Below, one piece after another: positions 1 to 13,106 of a DNA stretch of 64,000 nt. The stretch's first letter is position 1. Each line of letters opens with the position of its first letter. A model generated the notes under the pieces. That model was not told where the DNA came from, searched no databases, and was given only the letters and a program-made list of their open reading frames with translations. This stretch comes from Epiperipatus broadwayi (lineage: Eukaryota > Animalia > Onychophora): contig JAQFVV010000002.1 in assembly GCA_028023455.1 (NCBI GenBank), forward strand, positions 9,052,001-9,116,000, in the 5' to 3' direction. The position numbers and the translations under genes are program-made.

Positions 1-810
1 ACTTGTTTTAAATAAAACATTAAAAAAGTTGGTTATTATTATAAAAAATGATAAAATTGAAGAAAATCCTTAAGAGAAAGTCTTACTATATGGCAAAAAA
101 ACCTTTAATAAATTGTGATGTTTATTTGTATATCTAATTGAATACAAAAACTGCATTTGATAAACAGTGTTCAATTAAACCACACAATAAAATCCAGTAG
201 TTAAATATTTTTCAAAAGTCAGTAATTACAATTATGGGATATAGATAAAAAATCAAGCAGTATGAAATCTCACCAAAATATCATTTTTGCATGATTTTAT
301 ATCTTTGGTATGTTTGAGAAAATAATTTTTGTGTTTAACATAAAATGATAATGGAATCACTGATTTGTATGTTTTTGGTAATCTATATAATTTTGATAAA
401 ATAAATATTTTTTTTTTTAGGGTAAGATGAATTCTAGATTTTTTTATCTTGATCATTGGCAAAAAATTAATTATGTTTTGTTTATTTATTTTTTGAAATA
501 TGAATAAGAATTCCTGTAAAACTTTGGCTAAATAAAGATTTTCAGGGAACAATCTAATTGGCTATTTACATTTCCATCTTTGTCTTTTATTAATTCTTTA
601 AACACTGCTTTGATATCATGAAAGTATACTAGGATGACTAGTTAATCATTTGAAGATTTCTTTAGAAAAATGGGCAATTTATTGTAATAATAATACCTAA
701 AACAGGCAAAAACTCACTATATGTATTGCCACACACAGCAAGCTAGAGTAATCAATGGATGCCAGAAAGCTTGTGCATAAAATCCCCATCTAGTGCCTAC
801 TCATCCAATA

Positions 811-852
811 TCCCCAGACTAGTTTCTGGCTTGTGGTCTTTGTCAGTGAGGA
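811..852 (-). ncRNA. Mirror hammerhead-like motif in left arm of element A
   Basis: Reverse complement reads TCCTCA-CTGACAA-...-GAAA-CTAGTC-TGGGGA. Confidence 0.7.
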
Positions 853-889
853 GCCTTGGATCTAGGTGCAGTGCTCTCAGATCCAAGGC

Positions 890-931
890 TCCTCACTGAC
901 AAAGACCACAAGCCAGAAACTAGTCTGGGGA
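890..931 (+). ncRNA. Minimal type-I hammerhead ribozyme-like motif (G8A variant)
   Basis: TCCTCA-CTGACAA-AGACCACAAGCCA-GAAA-CTAGTC^TGGGGA. Stem I is TCCTCA/TGGGGA, stem III is the palindrome ACTAGT, the cleavage triplet is GTC. Core position 8 is A instead of G. Confidence 0.7.
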
Positions 932-2050
932 AATTGGATGAGTAGGCACTAGATGAGGATTTTATGCACAAGCCTTCTGGCATCCATTGATTGCTCTAAC
1001 TTGTTGTGTGTGGCAATACGTATAGTGAGTTTTGCCTGTTTTAACAACAGTTATAAGCAAGCATAAGAAATGGTGATCATGTGATGCTTATTGGCTTAAT
1101 AATAGTACCCACAACTTAATTTATAAATTCAATGGGAAATCTAAAACTTGTTAGTATTAGTTTTCATTAAAGTGTTCCTTTTTTTAAGAAAACTATTAGT
1201 AGTATTTATTTTTTTCTATTTTTAAAAAAGATCAATTGTAAGTTTTCAATGATTCTTTGGATTTTACTTACAAAATTGATACCTTTAGAATTTCAAAGAC
1301 TTCTCTGTAATTGACAAATTTGGAATTATTCTATATTTAAAATTTTGTGTAAATTTTTTTATCATTGATATTTAAAAAAGTGAGGGAAGAAAAAGATTGA
1401 GTGAATAGCATTTATATGGACAGATTTGATTTTTTGTATAATTTTGTCTTTAAAATTTTTTTAAAGTTTTTCTTTTATTGGCTTTTTAAAATGTTAGGAG
1501 GGAGGGTGCAACGATAAATTGCCTTGATATTTATCTATTTTAACAAGTTCTTTGGAAATTTTGAAAATTTTTATTGACATTTTAAAAAGAGGGGGGACGG
1601 GTGAACTGCATCTATTATTTAATTCAAACAACTTATTTTGATTTCTAATTGAGTTTAATTTTTAAAATTTTGTTTTCTTTCTTGTTGGCTTTTTAAAAGT
1701 GAAGGGAGCAACATTTAATACAAATCTAATCAAACACCTCAAATAAAAATAAACTGGCTGACTGTAAACAATAAAAAAAGCTTAATATTAAAAACCTTTT
1801 TTTTTTTTTTATTGATTTGGTTTTTTTTATAATAAAAATAAAACAATCATTTAAATGAAAAACAAGTCTATTGTTTCCAGAAATATTTTCAATCAACAAT
1901 AGCGTTTATTTTGAAACTAATTTGTAAGAAATTGAAAACATTTTTTCTTTAATGCAATAGAAAATGTTGCCTTTTTTTTTTTTATCTTTGACTTTGTTTT
2001 TTGAATTCACATTGAATTTTAAAAAATATAAGTTGGCCAAAAAAAAAAAT

Positions 2051-2351
2051 CTGTTAATGAATGTTTTCCTGAAGGTTTGCGATGATGGTGTTCTAGTTGT
2101 ATTTTTATATTGGACTATTTCCATCATCTAATATGCGTATTGAATGTCTTTAGAAAAAAATAATTTTATTTAAATATTCCAAATACATTCAACTGTTAGT
2201 AATAGCACATCAAACAGGTTAGTATATGCACTGTTTTATGTGATATTACTAATAGTTGAATGTAATTGGAATATTTAAATAAAGTTAAATTGTTCTAAAG
2301 ACATTCAATATGCATATTAGATGATGGAAATAGTCCAATATAAGAATACAA
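2051..2351. mobile_element. Foldback element C: ~120-bp arms (2097-2217 / 2231-2351), probable left tail 2051-2096
   Basis: TTGTATTTTTATATTGGACT...AGTCCAATATAAGAATACAA inverted arms with a 13-nt loop. Flanks are A-rich, so a TSD cannot be resolved. Confidence 0.75.
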
Positions 2352-3149
2352 AAAAATTCAAAAATTTTTTAGATTACACAGTGAATTTATAAATTTAGTC
2401 TTAGTAGTATTTACTAATATGAATCCCAAACTCATTTGGAAAAGAAAAAAGAATTTTCTAAAGTCAAAAAAGAAAAAGAATCCAAATTTCCAAATCAATT
2501 TTTTTCAATTATAAATAAGAAAATAGTAATTTGAAATTAATCTACTTTTGGTAATTGTGTATTTTGCCCTCCCTTCTCACCATGATCTCATCTTTTTTCC
2601 CTTCCTCTTCTTTAAATACAATAAGAAATTGAAAAGAGAAAAAAATTGCCTAAAAACAAAATACCTCTCAATCAATACTTTTGCAAGTGGTTTTAGATTA
2701 TACACCAAATTTATAAATTTAATCATAATAGTGTTACCCTAGGATAAATTAGCATTTTTACAAATAAATTACAATTTCTTGAGTAATCATCCCAGTATTT
2801 AAACTAGTGTTTAAAGAATCAATTCAAAAGAAAATTCAAATGTAAATAGCCAATTAGATTGGTACCAATTTTCTTTCTTTCAAAGATAAATCACTTTTTG
2901 ATAGTCTTCCTTTATTTAAAATTTTGTATATTTTAAATACCACTTTTAAAATTACTATTTGAAAACAATATTTGTAAAGTTCAAACAACATTAAACAAAA
3001 TCTCAATTACAAATACAGACATCATGAGAGCCTAAATAAACAAGATTCTCAAAAATAATTTATCTTCAGAAAAAATAAAACTTTTATTACATTAAACAAT
3101 TATGTCAATACGTCAATAACTTTGAACATATATATTACTATAATAAAAT

Positions 3150-3860
3150 GCAATACATAATAGAGAAAAATACTTTTCAAGGATTTTCTCTCATGTCAAC
3201 AGAAAAGTGATAAGTTTTGCCAATGATCTAGTTTATCCATTTTATATCAAAAGAAAAATAATTTTATCTAAAGTTATACAGATTACAAACAAAGGATTTG
3301 AATGAAATTGACCATAAATGCAACCAAGCACCAATTTATTTTTAATTTCATGCTTATTACTGTACTTAATACAAATATTTTATATTGAAGACAAATACCA
3401 TTTCCTCAAGGTTATTTTAAATTATAAAATTATCCAATTATGGTATTTTGATGAACTTTGATATTGCTTCATTCTTTACCAGTGTGCCTGTAAACAAAGC
3501 TATGGAGATTTGAATAATAATCAGGTATCAGATTCATTGTATGTTAAACTGAGCATAAAATAATTTTTTTTATTCAGTAGTCAGATGTGTAAACTAATAT
3601 CAGGTTTGGTTATGGACATTTCTTTAAAAGTAGTTTTGATTTTATGGAAAACTTGGAGAAATCAATATTAAATTCAATTTCAAAAATATTTGGATAGATA
3701 AATTATATTGATAATATCTTTGTTGTTTGGCCAGAGTGCTCTTAATATTTTTTTTTTAATTTTTGAATCTTTTTAACAATACTACAATGTTGACTGTGGA
3801 AATAGAAACACTAACTTCTTTTAGATATGTTTAATTAACAGTAAAAAAATATGATTTGTT
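3150..3860 (+). pseudogene. Penelope-like retroelement reverse transcriptase remnant
   Basis: Manual translation gives ILMNFDIASFFTSVPVNKAMEI (~3447-3510; PLE consensus LVSFDVxSLFTNVP) and YIDNIFVVWP (~3703-3733; YVDD-type motif). Many stops and frameshifts. Confidence 0.7.
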
Positions 3861-3959
3861 ATCGTGCAATATATATAAATTTAAATGAGTTCAAACCCCT
3901 ATATATTACATATAGAAGTGCAGGTATGAAAAAGCCTGTACTGTAGAGAAAAAAAAAAT

Positions 3960-4750
3960 CATATTTAAATAGAAGTAATAACTTTCTGCGAGTTATTAAT
4001 AACCAATACTCGTGCATCAATAAATATTAATAAAAAATGTAGTACCACTTATTCTTTAAAGTTTTATTTTATTTAAGCGAACATTTATTGATGCTGTTGG
4101 AAATTGAGTGTGATATTTATATATCAGTCAGATTTTAAATACGAGTTAACTTATTTTGAAATTAAGACTCAAATCATTTTGAAAATATTTATATATATTA
4201 TAGAACAACAAATTTATCTTACTTTTAACGAATTGTAATATCAGCACTAAGTTAATTTTATAATTAGGGCAGTCACATTTTCTTTAAAGTTTTTATATAT
4301 TTAAAAGGAAATTTATTTATTTACGCTTTATTTTAAAATCTGGCTGAGATACAAATATCACTTTCAATTTCCAGCAATGTTAATAAATGTCATCAAAACT
4401 TTAAAGAACTAGCGAATACCTTATTCTTTATTAATATTTATTGATGTATGAGCATTAATGGCTTGTGGAAAGTGATTACTTCCAATTAAATTTACATATA
4501 TGAATAGGCTATACATTATTATTTATATTTTTAAAATTAACTTAGATTTAATATTACGGATCATTAAAAATAAGATAAATTTTTTGTTTTGTATTACATA
4601 GATATAATTTCAAAATGATTTAATTAAGTCGTATTTAAAATCTAGCTGATATATAAATATCACCCTCAATTTCCAACATCCGTTTAAAAACATCAAAACT
4701 TTAAAGAATACATGGCTACCTATTCTATATTAATATTTATTCACGCATGA
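3960..4750. repeat. Element D: ~300-bp monomer followed by an inverted partial tandem (~1.4 monomers)
   Basis: 3960-4272 matches in inverted orientation 4325-4520 and 4525-4750. The motif TTAATATTTATT recurs at ~4441 and ~4741. Confidence 0.7.
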
Positions 4751-5244
4751 ATATTAATGATGAATGGAAAATGTTTTTTTTTTTGTTTAAATTTGTATAT
4801 AGAAATCGTGATTTACATATTTATCATATGTATAAAAATATCTGCATTTTTTCTTCTCATCATTGTCCAAATAAAATTACATTTTGCACAAAAGGTTTTG
4901 ACAGAATTAAAACATTTTCTTATGACAAGAGTGATGAACCTCTGACCTTCAAAAGCTCTCAACATGACCCCCAGACATTTTCAAAAATATATATATATAA
5001 TGTCTGTGTATAAAACTTCTATTTAAACATAAAATATTGAATTAATAATTAAATACAATAAAATATTTTTCTCTACTACATACAACCTTTATAGTAGTCT
5101 ATCAGAGATGCAATATTTTACAAATTATCTATATTATGTGGTTTATTTAACTACCTATTTAATATATCATGCTGAAGGCATTTTGTTTGTTTTATAGTGA
5201 TTTTTGCAGGCTAACAGTATATTTGCAAATATAAAATCCCCTAT

Positions 5245-5375
5245 ATTTTAAATTTTAACTTATCCTATATTTTTAAAGATATATTAAAAAGAAAATTATA
5301 TCAATGATTTCTTTGACTAATCCTATATTATTTGTCTCTCTTAGGCTACTGACTTTAACTATCTGTCATTACTAC
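5245..5375. repeat. Dispersed repeat copy 1 (copy 2 at ~13590-13725); adjoins the 3' end of the Penelope remnant
   Basis: Shared blocks TTTTAACTTATC, ATTTCTTTGACTAATC, TCTCTCTTAGGCT and CATTACT-CAAATA. Confidence 0.7.
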
Positions 5376-5399
5376 AAATAGTGGAGCTGCATCACATTC

Positions 5400-6790
5400 C
5401 TATGCTTTGTATTAAAAAATGTGTGTAACATATATAGTTTTTTCTCTCTCTTTTTAAAGCAATTTATTATTATTTGTTAATTATTATGTTTTTATTAAGG
5501 ATCTTTTTATGTAGGTCATTTTTTCCTATTGATATATCCTGAGTTACATCTGACACATCTTATGAAATAGTTTTACGCTCTGATTATCATACATTTCTTT
5601 CATTCCAGTGTTACTCTCTATCATAAAAGCATTATCTGTATGTTTCTTGATAATCTGAAGCAGTTCTTCATATAAAGGAAAGAGATTTCTTATACTGGTA
5701 GGTCACAAGTTTGCTGATTAATTAGCACTAAATTCCTAATTTGAATTTATATATGGGTTGTTTTTTGTGTCTTTCAATAGTCTCCCATCTTTTGAAGTTA
5801 TTTGCCATTGCTTAGTCCTTCTCAATGCTTATCTTTTCTATGATAACTTAAGAGTTGGTTTTAACAAGCAATTGGGCATATTTTTGAAGTGAAAGTATAT
5901 ATGTGTAAATTTGATAAATTCATTTGGGGTTCAATTGGTGCAGTTAATAATATGTTCAATGATGTTGATGCATTCACAGAAAATATTTATCACACATATG
6001 TGAAAGAGTATTTAACTGCTTCAAAACTCCTTCATATAGTTTTGATTGAGAATTGAAAATTGAGGTTAACATATGTCCAATAGTTTGCTGTTCAACCTAT
6101 CACTTTTACTTTTTAGATATAAATGGTGCCCTGTGATCTTTGAGAAGTGTATGAGATTTTTCTACTGTTGGAAATTGATGATTTTGAAAGTTGTTGTTTT
6201 TTGAATCAGTAGTTCTCATTGGGTATGTAGAAACAGATTTAGAAAATATTTCATAAGTGAGCCCAAAAACTGATACCAGTGAAAAATTAGTAATGGTCCA
6301 TAAAAGTCTGAAATTAGTAGCTCATTACATTTTTCACAGAAAATTGGCAACAGGACCCCAATTTATGATCAATTGTCAGATTTAGTTGATTGATATATCA
6401 AAGAAGTCTGAAGGATCAATAATATCATTGAGTACATTTTAAGTCAATAAACAATTCTTTTCAGGATCTATTTCATATTTCTTGCTTCATAATATTCATA
6501 GAGGCAATGGTTATATCTAATTCACTGTTCTAGAATATATTTAGAGACTTCAATACTTTCTGTATTCTTCTTGCATTTTAATTTAACCATCATAAACCCA
6601 TACAGATCTTATAATTATGGTCATATTATAATCTCTTAAGCTCTTAGATATTTCTTAGAATTTTGTTAATGATTGCTATTTTGGATCAGACCTCTTAGTA
6701 CTTCCAGTTGTTTTAAATCTTCTACAAATTCATCAAGAGAAAGTTTCACTGCAGCAATTACTACATTCTTTATAGATAAATTTCTAAGAT
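5400..6790 (-). pseudogene. Penelope-like element remnant (RT followed by GIY-YIG endonuclease)
   Basis: Minus-strand translation gives KSLRDYNMTIII, DFYGP, VSVFGLTYEIFSK, a degenerate YVxxIF, IKFT and KDGRL. Then YFIRCVRCNSGYINRKK (~5510-5565), which resembles the GIY-YIG VYKIxCxxCxxxYIG motif. Confidence 0.65.
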
Positions 6791-6809
6791 TGAATATATT
6801 GACAGGGTG

Positions 6810-9800
6810 GTAAGTTAAGATGTCAGACACAATATTGTTCTTTGCAGAATATTATACCATTTAATAATCAAATTGCTGCAGGGCAGGAACAAGCTCCACA
6901 TAATTAACTAATTATTTATAAGATAACTTTCATAAATAAATCCCAAGCATTTATATTCTAGAATAACAATTGTTTTGGATTTTATTAAAAAAGACAAAAA
7001 AACTATTAAGACAGACTTAAATTTTTTGAATGCCAAACAATAGCGAAGATCTTTTTCTCAGTAACTGTATAAATAAAGTTTTGTTCCTTTCAATGATCTG
7101 TTATCAAAATATAACACTTGATGATGTTGGAAATTAATTTGAAATAGCAGTATTCTGAACTGTGACTGTTTGTCTGTACATTAAAGTCAGATTAGAGCAA
7201 AACTATTTGTTGCAAATATTTTGGCTTGAGTGGTTACTCTTGAGAATCAGATTTATGAGTGAGGCTGAATCCAAACCAATAGTAAAAATTACACAACACA
7301 AAAAGATTCTTAATTGTTGCCTATCACTCACAGTAAGAAATTCTTTAATAATTGGTGTTTTCTCTGGATATGGACATATGTCTTCATTTCTAATCATGTG
7401 TTCCAGGAAAACAATCCCAGATGATACCAAAATGTTCTTTAGTAAGTAAACTATGATATCTTTTTCATGACATTCTTTAAACAACCAAGTGAAAATGCAA
7501 TAGCAGTGCCATATAAATAGGAGATATTTATATTTTGACTTGTTCTGACAAATCCCAACTAAGCAACATAATATAGTACCAATCCATTATTGATAAGGTC
7601 AAAGAGCATATGCTTGAAATTGTATGGCTATTCCCTGTACCTGAAAGCAATATATTTCTTATCATCAAGTATGCAATATTACTTGCCAGTAGCTGGAGAT
7701 CATTAACTATTATAATGAATACTGTTCCCTTTAAAATGAATGAATAAATTCTGCATGGTAGGTGACATGTCTCAGTCTCGTATGGTAGTCTTACTTAGCT
7801 GATCTTAAAAACCAGCAAAGGCGTGCATATAAAAGATATTTGTCTGTTAATTCCCACTTGATCATGTGCTTCAATAGTTTTCTATTCCCTCACAATATAT
7901 TGATGAGGAATATGATATAATCTTTGTCCAAAATAACTTTCTTTTTTTCCCGTGATCTTGTTTGTGGACATGTTCCTATATAATTTCTGGTTTGTTAGAA
8001 AATAGCTGCTGATATCTTATTATAATATCAATCATCAATTGTCTTTCTGCAAAAGATAATCCTAGCAACTTTTGGACCTTGGGTTCTATGCTAAGCATGT
8101 CAGTTGATTTTTTTATGCAATTCACCTGACTCAAATTCCAGTCTTTCATGCAAGCAAATTCAATTACTTGTTGATGACACTTCATCATTTATTGAGAATA
8201 ATTAATATGACATTGCCAATGATGGAAAAAGTCTGATCCCAAGATGGATTCATAGATAAGTTCAGGAAAAATTAGAGACATAATCTAAATCCTAATTACC
8301 AATTTGCATAAAATTTAAAACTTATTTACTATTGATTCCTACCATATAGTCATTGGCTAAAGTGACCTCAGTTTTCTGAAGGAATAACTCCTTATGTCTG
8401 GTTTATTTTCAAATCTTTTGAAATAGTTTTCCAGTAATCATTAATATTTGACTACTGCGTTTATTAGGGTTTGAGTAGAAATTCCTTTATTGTAACATTT
8501 ATGATAGGTTTGATTGCTCATACAGGTTAATGCAGTTGAATCCTTTTTATAATAACATTGGTAATCACATATATCAGATTGTAGGGCTACCTTCAGTAAT
8601 TTTTATTTTCATACTTGGACCTCATTAAGAGAAGCAGGACAATAAAGTTATTTGTTCCACCATCTTCCTTGTTTGTTATTTGACTTGCTTTGTGATATGA
8701 TTTTGACTTTGGTTATATTGGTATATGTGACTTTTCATTATTTCTTGGCCACCTTTTTCTCTTCTGATAATTCTCTGGTTGAGATAAAAGAGGTCATTGG
8801 TGATGGTGGCTGTTCTTATCTCCATTATGTGTGTTTATGGCATGGATAGCAGATATGTTAAACTTATGGGCTTCTGCCTTTCTTATCTTCTCTATGGATG
8901 CTGGAGCTGAATTTTTAATATTAATTATGTTCAGTATAGTTCAGTTGCCTCTTGAATGATGATATGGTTGCTTTCAATAATCATCTCTTGAATATTTGAT
9001 GACATATTGTCCTTTCACCATCTAAAAATTTTTTGTTTCTGATAATGAAATAGCAGTGATTCTTAATCTAGTTTTTTACCAGTGAAGGAATTATATGTGT
9101 GTGTTTCTTTCCCTCCTGATTTCAATCTAGCTACTTAACAGTGAAGCAATTATATATATATGTTTCTTTCTTTCCTGATCAGTATCTCTGTTGGGATATC
9201 TTATATAACACCCCATCTTGCCTTTCTTCACTCCAAAATACTTACAATATGGTAAAATATTGGTCTTCAAAAACTCTATCGCTTTACACTAAAGAAATTC
9301 CAACAATCTTTTACAGCTTCATGCAGATAATTTAAGGCAACTGATAATTTATTCTCTTTATGTCTTTGGATATAAGAGAAATAACTTTTTCAAAACCTCC
9401 AGGAGTCTTAATTGATGTTCATCAATATTTGTATCTGAAAACATTCACCTAGATAAATTTAGATAACACTGTTTCTTAAATGATTCATCATACTTTTTGG
9501 TATCTTTTTACTACAATTCATCTGTTTGTTTTTTTATCATTTCCTGTTGATTCTGTTTCCTAAGGATTATATAACTTGCTAACTGTGTATTCTCATCTCT
9601 GATCTCCATGTCTTTTTTCATTTCTTATTCCTGATTTATCTTCCTTCTATCTTTAGAATTTCTATTTTTTTCTGTATTTCTTCTACCTGTTCTTTATACA
9701 TTTCATCAAATTTTTCCATTTGCTTGTGTGTTTCTTCATTTCTAGTTTCTTTGGTCTGTAATTCCTTGTTTACAACTTGTTATTATTATTTTAAATCATT

Positions 9801-10450
9801 CTGTCATTTTTGTGTTTCTTTCATTTGTTGTTTTTATTACCATCCATTTCTTCATAAATTCTTTGTTGGCCATCCAGTGTTTTTTTTATTTCCATTTTTG
9901 TATATGATCTCAATGGTTTTACTCTTGACCTGAATGTGTTACAGAATCTTCTTTTTGAACTTCTTTCTTAAAGTTTTTGTACATTGCTTCAAGTTTGACA
10001 TGATTACACTTATTTATCATTTTTGTGGCTTGATGATATTTCTCCATTTTGTCTTTGACAGTATCTATTCTTATCTCCAGTTTCTTGTGGCCTTGTAGCA
10101 TTTCTGCTTTCATTTCTTCATTATTTTTCTTATTCCAATGCAAGTCACATTTTCATGCTTAGACATGTCTACTTTCATTTCTTTTTAATTATTTTAATTG
10201 GTCTGTCATTTCCATTCTTAATTTTCTGTTTGTTTAGATATATATTCTTTTATCTTTTGTTGGGATTTTATCATTTGCTACAGCATTGCCATTACTTCAT
10301 AGTTTTGTTGTTTTGTTTTTTTTTTCCTATTTGTTCCATCATGCATAATAGCAAGCATTTTTTCATATCAGTTTCAATTTCTGCATTTTTTTTTCATCCT
10401 CTTCAAATTTATTCTTTTTAGTGCTATGTTACAACTATTGCTAGAACAGT
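6810..10450 (-). mobile_element. Decayed Ty3/gypsy LTR retrotransposon internal region (coiled-coil gag, protease, RT, RNase H)
   Basis: E/K-rich coiled coil (ORF 9919-10143), gag-like KLSVALNYLHEAVKDCW and protease end LIYESILGSDFF. RT shows DDKKYIAFRY and FLEHMIRNEDICPYPEKTPIIKEF...QLRIFL (ORF 7203-7484). RNase H shows YTVTEKKIFAIVW and LQQFDY...KNNIVSDIL. Confidence 0.8.
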
Positions 10451-13106
10451 TTCTAAATAGAACTTTGGAAAGTTCTGTCACCCAACAAAACTTATTTATA
10501 AATAAGCTTTTCTAATATAATAATAAATTTAAACAGGATCTCTCTCTGATTAAGTTTTTCTTCTAACCTAATACTATAATATTTAAACAAGCTGTCTCAA
10601 AAAACCATACTGTTTTCCCTCTGTAGCATTCTCTTATTCCTTTTCTGCATCAAATTGCATTCGTATCCTAACTTGGATTTTATTATTTCTGTGATTATTC
10701 TAACTAAATAGTCTTTAGATTATTCCTTTCTTCATTTTTCAAATCTCTGAAGTTTTATTTCTTGTCACTCATCCAGGATTGTTTACATTTTTTCAAGTTA
10801 GGTATTACTGGTGTCAATTTATAATAACAGTCATCAGCACTTGATCATAATTATACCTTTAGTTGGTCTACTGCTTAATAATTTGGAATATGTACTATTG
10901 TAATGGTCAGTTCTCAATTCTTTTTATGACTAGATAGATAAAATCAAGTAGAGAGAGGTTACAACTGTAAATATTGCGTTAAGGTAATTATTATTCATCT
11001 AGTTGGATTCCATCAGGTTCTACAAGAACTGGTAAGATGATTTGTTCTTGTTCAACATTATCACATTAATTAAGAATTTATCTCACTCTTTTCATTTATC
11101 TATTATTGTCATGCAATCAAATTAAGTCATACACAGACAGATTAGGAGTTCAGATTTTCTTTTTGATCTATGATGGAATTAAAAGCTTAATGAAACACAA
11201 ACAAAAGATAATATTATTAAGATGAACATTTTATACATTTATTTATCCCCATATCACTTACAAAAAATAATCATCAATCCATGATTGAACACATAACAAT
11301 AATATTTTTTAAGTATTAAAATAAACTGAGCCTGATTGCAGGACATATTATTTACAGTTGTTGGTTTTAGTTGACCAACTTACTAAACTTATTGTATGAA
11401 TGATGTTTATAGCTAATGTGTATGACAATATTTATCAGATAAAACTGCAATTCATCTGGAAGCAATTTTTTATGCTTAATTCTAAATATAAAAAAACAAC
11501 AACTATATGTTGAATATCTGATATTGCCCACACTGCATAACCAATGATAGGCGCTAAGATAGAAAATGCCTTGCAGACATAATTAATGAATAGAATTACA
11601 AGAAACACTGCTATGGTGTCACAAACAATGTAACTTAGACACAATCACACATTTTTATAAAAATATATAAGTTCTATGTTTTAGCTTTACAGCTGTCCAG
11701 TCCATAAACAAACACAAGAACACTTTCTATACCTTAGAGAATCACATATAACAGAACAATATTTCTTTATGGCTAACAAGCACATCATTAAATGTATGGA
11801 CATAATATTACAACTTATATAGAGTTAAAATCTTTGGTTATTATTTTTTAAATCATAAGAATAGACATGTCCATCAAGTGAATAACTTTTCAAACTATAA
11901 ATGTCAGTAGTTATATATTAATTCACACTGGTGCATGCCATAAACACATATGCAATTTTAAATTCTCAATATTAAGGTACTCAATAATATTCTAGTTTCA
12001 AGTTATACAGAACTAGCAAATTGAATAATTCATGTATAGTTATTTATATTAGCTTATTAAAATGACCAAATTGATCTATTTACAAAAGTATGTATCTCAA
12101 AATATCTAATGTATTTGATTAACCCACATTATTCCCCACACCTGTGCAGATTCACTTTAATCAAATTTGTCCATATAAAAAACTCACTCCAAATTTTACA
12201 ATAAAATTGTACTTTATTATATGTATTATTTTTTCTCTTTTTTATTTGGATTATAGTTAACATTGGAAAAAAGAATTAGGTTTCCAAGCAGGTTATTAAG
12301 AAGATATGTTTTTATAGAAATAACAAAAAACTGATAAATGCCTATTCTAAGATCCATTATTTTATCAGGGTGGTTAAACAGAATTATTTACTTTTTTTTT
12401 TAATTTCTTTTTTTTTCTTCTATGTATTTTTTTAAAAATCATGCAAAATCTTTTATACATAAAACACCAAAATATAACATAATAAGGGCAAACAATGGAA
12501 CTAATATATCACTAGAAATGCATAAAATTAAATATATAAAGTTCTTTCATTAAGTAAAGAAGTTAGGTCATATAACCTAAATGTATATGTGATCTCTATG
12601 ACTAATCTTTAAATGTATACTTTTTTCCATGAATGAGAGTACTTTAAGTTGAATTACTAAATGTATTGTCAGTATCAAGATGATCCTTGTGCACATTCAG
12701 GTATTTATTTATAGATGGCATAGTTATGTGTATTTGGATGGAATTCATGCATGCTAAGCATGGAAGGTTATCTTACTTCAGCCAATTCAGATAATCAGAG
12801 AAAGGAAGAGAGATCCAGAAGGGCTTTTTTTTACTTCTTACTAGCAAAATAGTTGTTCCTTAGCTTAATATTTAAGTTGTTTGTTTTCTCCTCAAATTTC
12901 GTTTCAAACTCTCTACTAGCAGGAGAAAAAGCTCAGAAAAGCAATATAGCTTAGTAAAAATCAGCATGGATACAGGTAGCCAAATAAATAAAAATTATTT
13001 TTTGATTCTTATATAAACTTTTTTTTTGATAATTGATCTGTGGTTGACACCTTAGATTGAATTTTTACAAATATGCAGAGATTATATATTAATTACACAT
13101 TTTGAT

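Larger units (their letters stand above)
698..1096. mobile_element. Foldback element A: ~165-bp inverted arms (698-863 / 879-1043), one-sided tail 1044-1096, hammerhead motif in each arm
   Basis: Near-perfect palindrome TAAAACAGGC...GCCTGTTTTA. Flanking direct repeat TAATAATAATACC (685-697) / TAATAATAGTACC (1097-1109). Same family as 36224-36778, including the tail. Confidence 0.85.

Noticed and set aside
698-1043. Foldbacks interpreted as classical MITEs or Foldback DNA transposons
   Set aside because: Ends are asymmetric, TSD length varies from 10 to 15 bp, the inversion point varies, and partial tandems and ribozyme motifs are present.
1340-1720. Degenerate ~100-bp tandem units with GAGGG cores
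   Set aside because: Too diverged and low-complexity to define reliably by eye.
4370-4400. TTTGATGA...GGAAA in element D (minus) as a hammerhead
   Set aside because: No UH cleavage triplet or stem I, and not conserved in the other monomers.
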